Origin: the human T2T-CHM13v2.0 reference genome, Homo sapiens
Length of the DNA: 64,000 nt
NCBI RefSeq assembly: GCF_009914755.1
Contig: NC_060928.1
Direction: 5' to 3' (one strand)
In this document: positions 56,253 through 64,000 of the stretch, one piece after another
How positions within the stretch are numbered: position 1 is the stretch's first letter
Layout of the letters: every line of letters begins with the position of its first letter
Notes under the pieces: model-generated
The model's database searches: none
Told to the model about the DNA's origin: nothing
Seen by the model: the letters and a program-made list of their open reading frames with translations, nothing else
Made by a program: the position numbers and the translations under genes

Positions 56253-58514
56253 TGGAGCCATTTTATTGAGAACCTATATTATGGTTTATACAGTGTTTGA
56301 ATTTTATTCTATGAAAACTGGGGAGGCTTAAAAGAACTAATGCAATTTTGTCCACTTCTCCCCAACCTGACAAAGCAGAGTTTATCTAAATGTTTTCTGT
56401 CTTGCTACCCCTTTCCTGGTCTTTTGACTAAAGAGAACAGACATTTGTTGGGGCTTGTCTGCACCTATTAGTGTTTCTGGGATGTGTGAGGCTCAAGTCT
56501 GGGATGTATGAGGCAAAAGGAAACCTAAGGAAACTTACCACCCAATATCCCTAGCTAGCCTTCCCTCTTCTTTCAGCCTTTTGGAGTCTTACTTTTTTTT
56601 TAAATATAATGTAAAGGGATTTAATTACACTTAGTAGGAAGAATAGGAAAAGGTAGTCTACTCCATTTTTCCAGAATCAAAAATATCACACTTGACTTCT
56701 ACTTTTTTCTCTCATCTTAGTTAGTACTAAATGTTTCCATTTAAACTAGCAATGGTAACACATCAGGTCACAAGTTCAGTATCTACTGTGTACCAAACAA
56801 ATGTAAAACATGTGGGCGAGAATAAATACTCAACTTCAGTGCCTGATTCCAGTCTTCTGACTTGTGGTGATTGTCAGATTTTATCTACTGGGTTTTTGGA
56901 AAGGGAGTTTTATATACCAATTTTAGCCCAACTCACCATGGAAGTTTGGTGTCTTCTTTTTCTTTCAAGGAAGAATCCCTGTTCTTGCTGCATCCCTTGA
57001 TCCCTTTTTAACCCAAATAGAGACCAGCCAAGTTTTAGCTTCTGGGGAAAGCATGATGGTTTGGGAGAATCAGACCCACTCTAAGCTTCCTTCCAAAAGC
57101 AACAGCTGGTCATTTGTGTTTCTTGAATTTGCTGTTGACCTTTGAGACAAATGCTTGGTGTATGATAAGTGCTCAAAAGACAGTTGTTGAAGTGGGCGCC
57201 CTTCTACCCCATGGTTCAGAACTTTTATTCTAATTTAGCAAGGACTGTAAGAATAGACAATTATCACTGGCCTCACTTATTTTACAGTGTAGAGATACGA
57301 AGAGATGGCAGGGTTCCCAGTTACCAAATTATTTCCATTGCAATTCGATTTGAGCTATTTTATTGGGGGAAAAAAACAGAGCAAGGTGCAAGGTTTTCAG
57401 ATTTATTCCTTGATTCCTTGCCTTTTGCAGTTGGACTTTGTGTCTCAAGGGGAACCCTTGTACAAATTACATTTCCTAGGCTGCTTAGACAACGGGCTCC
57501 TACTTATATTGGGAAGAGGGAAGGTGCTGATGTAAAATTAGAATGTGGGAAAAGTGGAAAACTAGAGTAATGTTCTCTTCTGTGCTTCATGAAGCATCTT
57601 TGAAAGTGATTGTGACTCCTTAGAGGCTATAGTTCTTACCAGACAGCTTGCCCCCGAGTATTACAAACTCCCCATTTGATAGTGCTGGTTCCTAGACTTC
57701 AGTAAGACAAACACCTTCCTTTTTTCCCTCCAGCTCCAGTAGTGCTGGTGATGCTTTACTTCAATTACGTCATTTAAATGTTTTCTATGGTATTATGCCC
57801 CTTTATTTTCCCCATTATCCCTAAGATCACAGATAGTAAGTGGTACAGGTGGGATTCGAACTGTGGAAACCTTACTGCCAAGCTCTATCCTCTCACCAGT
57901 GTGTTGCAGCTACATCAAGCCATGTTGGGACTGCCAACCTTCCCAAAATGAAATGCAGAACTTGAGAGCAGCTGTTTGCCTAAAACCTGATAGATAATTC
58001 AAGGTAAATCATATATATTAGTTTCCTTTAATAGTCCACTGTAGGTGATATTTTACATAATGGTACAGTGAGAAATCTAACAATGCATCCAAAAATGAAT
58101 GCAGATTTTTTAAACTTTGAGTTGATAATGCTCATCTTCTTGTATTGTGCTGAAAGAAATGATACTTCAAATGCTGCTCAACTTCCATTTTGACCAACTA
58201 CAGAGGAGAATGGGTTCTTTAATTCTTGAAGATAATTTTACCCTCTCTTAGCCTTTCTTTTAGTGAAATTTCATGATGTTATACATTTCTTTCTGTGGAT
58301 ATGGCAAGGCAAAATTGTGTGGCTTATGACAAGAAAGCTTCTTTCCACATGTACAACCAGGAAGAAATCATTTTTCATAAAGCCTGGCCTTTTAGTTTGA
58401 TATTGCCATTTTTGTGCCTTGATCTGTAAGAGGTAACTTACTAGTTGTTTTTGGAGAAGCATTCAATCTGGTTAATAGGTAAAATAACATTTTAGTGTAT
58501 TTTTACATGAGGAC

Positions 58515-59599
58515 TTTTTCTCTTGTGGGCTAAGTGTTTATTAATCCATACCAATGCTATCTGGATCTGACTATGTCTCCATTTTGAATTACGTTTAAAG
58601 TTGTCAACATTAAGTCTGAACAAATAATTCTACAGCTTAGAGTTTTAAAGGAAAATTGAAAACAAGATGACAGTTGAATATTTTTAAAGAAGAGTCAATA
58701 GAAATCAAGAAATTCTAATACATTTTTCTTTTTTTAATAAATACATAAAGCTCTTTACCATTTCCCTCTATTATTTTGATTAACATGATAATAGGATCTT
58801 TCAAAGCATCATTATACCAATTTTCACAGCCCGATGTAAGACTCATTTCACAGTAATAATCATGACTAGCATTAGTAAATGAATGTTGATGCCATAAATA
58901 ACAGTATAAGGCATATTTACACCATCTTAATATACATAAACACCATACACATACACAAAAAAGTCACAGATCCAGAACAAAGAAAATTCAATCTCCTAGA
59001 CAGCTTACATTTATAGGCTTTGTCTAAAACATTTTTTTTTGCTTTTTTTTGTAATTTTTTTCTTTCCAAGCAACAAACAGATCTTCCCTATTTCTTGTGA
59101 TTTATTTGTAACATTGTATTCATGCAAAAATAATACTTGTTTCATTGAATTAACATTTAGACAGCTTTAGATTTGGGTCCTATAGCCATCGTCTAAAATT
59201 TTACTTGATGTTGCTTCATCCATATATCATTTTAGTTGGTATGATATGATGGTTTGTTTTTGGTAAGTTACAAAATGACAAACATATCCAGTTGACCAGA
59301 GTTCAAAAACCAAGATACTAAGCTTGATCATGCACATTTTACTTTCATTCTTGTAAAATGGTTTGAATCAGATATTCCATTTTGATTTAACACTTATTGA
59401 TTTAATATTTTTTCCTTTTTAATCATGTTTCTAAAAAGAACAACAACTAAAACATAAAAGAAAATACTGTCCCACATCCACTGTTCACAACAAGGAAGAG
59501 CAGCAAGAATCACACTGACCATTGTTAGGACATCAGTCAGGTGGTGACACTGTAGTAAACATTGAATGTCATCAAAATACTGCAGGAATGTGACAATTA
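58515..59599 (-). other. KCTD8: KCTD8 3' UTR (approximate 3' end)
   Basis: Repeat-free AU-rich sequence after the stop codon, with AATAAA (minus strand) at 59106-59101 and 58542-58537. Confidence 0.7.
58537..58542 (-). terminator. KCTD8: Candidate KCTD8 polyadenylation signal AATAAA
   Basis: tttatt on the + strand ~1.06 kb past the stop codon; cleavage site inferred ~15-25 nt downstream. Confidence 0.6.
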
Positions 59600-60148
<549 letters not shown>

Positions 60149-60915
60149 TTAAACCAAGAACATTTATTTTAACAAAAATGGTGCATATTGTACTAGTCTA
60201 GGTTTGTGAGATTAAATACAAGACCTAGGGTCTTTAGTGTACATTGAAAGATGCAGTATGCTGATTAATTATTCAAAACAATAAAATTTGAGAAATTTGT
60301 TTAATGAGAGTTTCTGTCTTAGAGACCATCAATAGCTTCATATTGAAAAGAAGATTTTTGTTATTTTAATTACTAGTTCCTGGAATATAAAAAAAAATGT
60401 AATGTTTTGTTAGCCCTCTATCTGTTTTGTTAGACACTTAGCTCATTTTTGTTCTACCCACTGCACTAGGTGTCCTTTGTATATATATTCTGCCACTGTA
60501 AAAGCAAGAAAGTACCATTGATATATTTTACAAAGCTGCAGTATTCTCCAGGCCCAGAGCTGCAATCACATCATTTATGCTTCCAAAGGGGAGGCTGGTT
60601 TAAATCTTATTCTTAGTCTCTTAATCTTATTTCATGTCTACTTCCTAGAGGAAAATTGTGAAAGTGCTATAAGATATATAGGGGCCTAATATTATGGTGT
60701 GAAAATATAGTTGAAATATGGTATTCTCTTAAAATATAAGGCCTACCATTTGAGGTAAATTACTTAGGAAGGCAATTTTCAGAAAGTGATAGTTTACCAA
60801 GATAATTATTTCAAATTCACAGTGTGTTTCCAAAAAGAGGCATATTTTATTCTCCCTGACTCCACTGTGGGATTAGGATCTCCATTTAACATTTATTAAA
60901 CACTACCACATACCC

Positions 60916-61268
60916 AGAGCTGTTCTAAAACCTTCATTAAATGGAGCCCAACAATTCAGAGATCTAAATTACTCAACTCTTATTTTATTTTCTTAGAGTC
61001 AAACTTTTGAACAAGTTGTATAAATCAGAATCAGGAGGAAGGCATCAGTGTTTTTAAACAATTGCCCAGGGGTTCTATTGTGCAGCCAGAGTTGAGAACA
61101 ACTGGTCTAATTTCGGGGGTCTAACCTTGGAAGCATACTGGAATCACCTACAAAGCTTCAGATTATTGATACCTTGGAACCAACCCCAGACCTCCTGATT
61201 TAATGGGGTGCCACCTGGCCATCAGGTCATTTAAGATTTCAATGTGCATCCAAGGTTATGAACCACTG
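60916..61268. mobile_element. Two adjacent MER5-type (hAT-Charlie) DNA transposon fossils
   Basis: aaatcagaatc...ttctattgtgcagccagagttgagaacaactg and ggaatcacct...ccccagacc...tgtgcatccaaggttatgaaccactg. Confidence 0.6.
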
Positions 61269-61670
61269 ATCAGTCTAATATATATGAAATGAATTAATAG
61301 CCAACATGGGCAGTTGATATTACTCAGAAGGATTAAGAGATAAAAAACCTTTTCTTAAAAGCAGCTCCTATGTGCAACACTGCTGGTTTCTATCACCATT
61401 TTTTTTCTATTCAAAAATTAGAAGAAACATAAGTCAATGCCAAATATCGAATTAAAGATTTTTAAAAGTTTTACAACTTTTTGGAATTATGGAAATATTC
61501 TATCTCTTCATTATGGTGTTGATTATATGACTGTATACATTTGTGAAAACTGATAGAACTGTATGCCTTAAATGGCTGAGCTTTTATGTATGTAAATTAT
61601 ACCTTGACTAACCTGACTCCCCCTCCTGAAAAACACAAACAACAAAGAAACATAAAGTATATATGTCTAC

Positions 61671-61722
<52 letters not shown>
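61671..61722. repeat. (ATCT)13 tetranucleotide STR in KCTD8 intron
   Basis: Direct reading; uninterrupted. Confidence 0.95.
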
Positions 61723-62255
61723 CAGGGAAAGTCTTAAGCAATATTTCAAACTTCCTTTGTCTGCAATATGATAAAACCAGGACAAATGCTAATGCTTATA
61801 ATTGCTTAGTAAGGAAATACACCATTACATTTCAGAAGTATTTGCAACCAAATATTTAAAAAAATTGTTGGGTTTTATTTGTTTTAAGCCTCTCTCTGTC
61901 AGGGAGAGTCAGCTGAGACTTTGGGGTAGGGTGGAGAAAATGCACTGCTAACACTCTGTGCTGGACTTACCCAGATCCATTCTCTATTCTCCTCTGTCCA
62001 CAGTGGCTGATGGGTACAGACTATGTTCTTAAGCTCTCTTGCCTTCTGGCTTTCAGATGGATTCAGTCAACAGCAAAGACTAGCAAGACAACACCCTAAC
62101 CCCACCCCACCCCCAGGAATGTGATGATCTGGTTATATCCCTGGACCTAGAGGCACAGCCCTATCAGGAAGCTCTCTCTGTCTCCCTCTCCCTTCTCTTC
62201 TCCTTCCCTCTTCTACCACCCCTCTTGAGGCTCATAGTTTTAGGCCTACAGGTGT

Positions 62256-62618
62256 TGATGTGGTTTGGCTGTGTCCCCACCCAAATATCATCTTGAATTG
62301 TAACTCCTACAACTCCCACTTGTCATGGGAGGGACCCAGTGGGAGGTAATTGAATCATGGGGTTGGGTCTTTCTTGTGCTGTTCTCGCTATAGTGAATAA
62401 ACCTCATGAGACCTGATGGTTTTAAAAAGAGGAGTTCCCCTGCACAAGCTCTCTCTCTTTGCCTGCTGCCATCCATGTAAGACATAACTTGCTCCTCCTT
62501 GCCTTCTGTCATAATTGTGAGGCCTTCTCAGTCATGTGGAACTTTAAGTCAATTAAACCTCTTTTTCTTCCCAGTCTCAGGTATGTCTTTATCAGCAGCG
62601 TGAAAATGGACTAATACA
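62256..62618 (+). mobile_element. THE1 solo LTR (antisense to KCTD8), nested in an older ERVL-type (LTR33/16-like) LTR spanning ~61958-62750
   Basis: tgatgtggtttggctgtgtccccacccaaa...ggactaataca; TSD ggtgt/ggttt. Confidence 0.9.
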
Positions 62619-62859
62619 GGTTTTAACCATTTAGGTACCATAACTAATCTTAGTGTACTTCCTACACTGGTGTAAATTGTCCCATATTAAATGTTATTAA
62701 ATGTCCCAGCTGAGTGTGTCTTCTCTCTCTTCCTGGGTTTCTGATAGATCCACTCTATCAGACCCACTCTGGCCACCAGCCGTCTTTTCCATTGACTAGA
62801 GGGATGTTACTTGAAGGATCAGTTTTTAGTGGCACCAGATTTATGTGGCAATAAAATTT

Positions 62860-63050
62860 GAAAATAAATAGGTTTGGGGTCCTACTGACTTGGATTAAAA
62901 TTCTGGCTCTCCAGAAAATACTAGCCTTGTGGCTTTGAACAAGATACTTAGCTCCTCTAAGCATTAACTTGCTCATCTATAATATGAGTAAAACTACTTT
63001 CCCCATAGGAGCATTTTAAGATTAAATAAAATATCATGTAAAAGGATCTA
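62860..63050 (+). mobile_element. MIR
   Basis: tgtggctttgaacaagatacttagctcctctaagc...ctcatctataatatgag...aagattaaataaaat. Confidence 0.65.
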
Positions 63051-64000
63051 GTATAATGATTCTCAACAATGAGAGTATATCAAGGTATATCAGTGGTATT
63101 TTTTGAATGTGCATATGTCATATACATCCCTAGAGGTTTTCAGTTCAGTGTGAAGGGCTGGTATGTATGTGTTTATATGAAGCCGGGAGTGGTGGAGGAG
63201 ATGCAGCATCTCTTTAGTTACCTTTATGGCTGAATGTGATCCTAAGCAAGCATGAAATTCAACACCCTAATACAACATAGTATATAAATAAATGTTGTTT
63301 TTTTTACCCTTTCTGTCAATATTTTGCTATACTTTAACCAAAAGCCCCCATCAAAGGAATCTATGATTTTCATTCCCAATAATGACTAAAGGATTAAACT
63401 GCAAATATCTAAGCAAAGCAACTTACATTAAGGATAAATAAGTGATGAAAAAAATAATTTCCTGTTTATTGGCAGGGCAACAGAGAATTAGATAGAGTTA
63501 CTCAGGCAGAGAAGCAATAATATCAAAGTGAAAGACAATTCAGAAAGAGAGTACTAGATACTACCAAAGTAAATGCCTTATTCTATTTGTTTCTATTCAC
63601 TGGGAGGAAGAAAAAAATGCTTAATGACAATAGAATGTAACATTTGTGTCTTGAAAACTAACTGGTCTTGCAGTGCAAGATAGAAGATTAAGGAAGCCCT
63701 CTTTGAAGAAGAGATCAATGAATTCAGCTGAGAATTTTGTACCCACCATGTGCCAGACATAGTGCTAGGTTCTGGAGGAGACACAACTATGGATAAGATG
63801 AGCTTTCTGCCTGATGAAGTTCATAGGCTTTCTCCAACTCCAAGTGGGTGAGGACAAAAAGATGCAGAGAAAAGATTTTACATGTGTGTAGAATGATCCC
63901 TATAATTTTCTGGGAAGATGAACTAAGATGCACTCCATACCAAATGGGTCTAACTGAATTTCCTACACTAGCTTTTTTTTTTCTTTCACTTTTTACTTTC

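Noticed and set aside
57169-57570. 133-aa ORF on + downstream of KCTD8
   Set aside because: Non-ATG (GTG) start, overlaps degenerate MIR/LTR-like sequence, no recognisable domain.

Overview
This is AT-rich, repeat-dense hominid (most likely human) genomic DNA; Alu, L1PA, THE1 and an SVA element place it in great apes. The only credible protein-coding sequence is the terminal coding exon of KCTD8 (GABA-B receptor auxiliary subunit, H2 domain) on the minus strand at 60060..59600, followed by a ~1.1 kb 3' UTR. Positions 60061-64000 are KCTD8 intron, and 1-58500 is intergenic DNA downstream of the gene, filled with L1, L2, MIR, Alu, MaLR/ERV LTRs and a TSD-flanked SVA. All other ORFs in the track are repeat-derived or chance. 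The most unusual structure is a ~1.1 kb mosaic at 10287-11380. It holds three fragments copied from nearby DNA (one inverted, one preserving the empty site of a neighbouring L1), separated by fold-back TA-rich palindromic filler and bounded by a 24-bp inverted repeat. It looks like a fossil of multi-template-switch break repair. Smaller templated scars, a twin-primed L1 with two in-frame deletions and a perfect 88-bp tandem duplication are also present. I see no evidence for a new gene system. Repeat subfamily calls are from memory of consensus sequences, and their boundaries are approximate unless a TSD is given.
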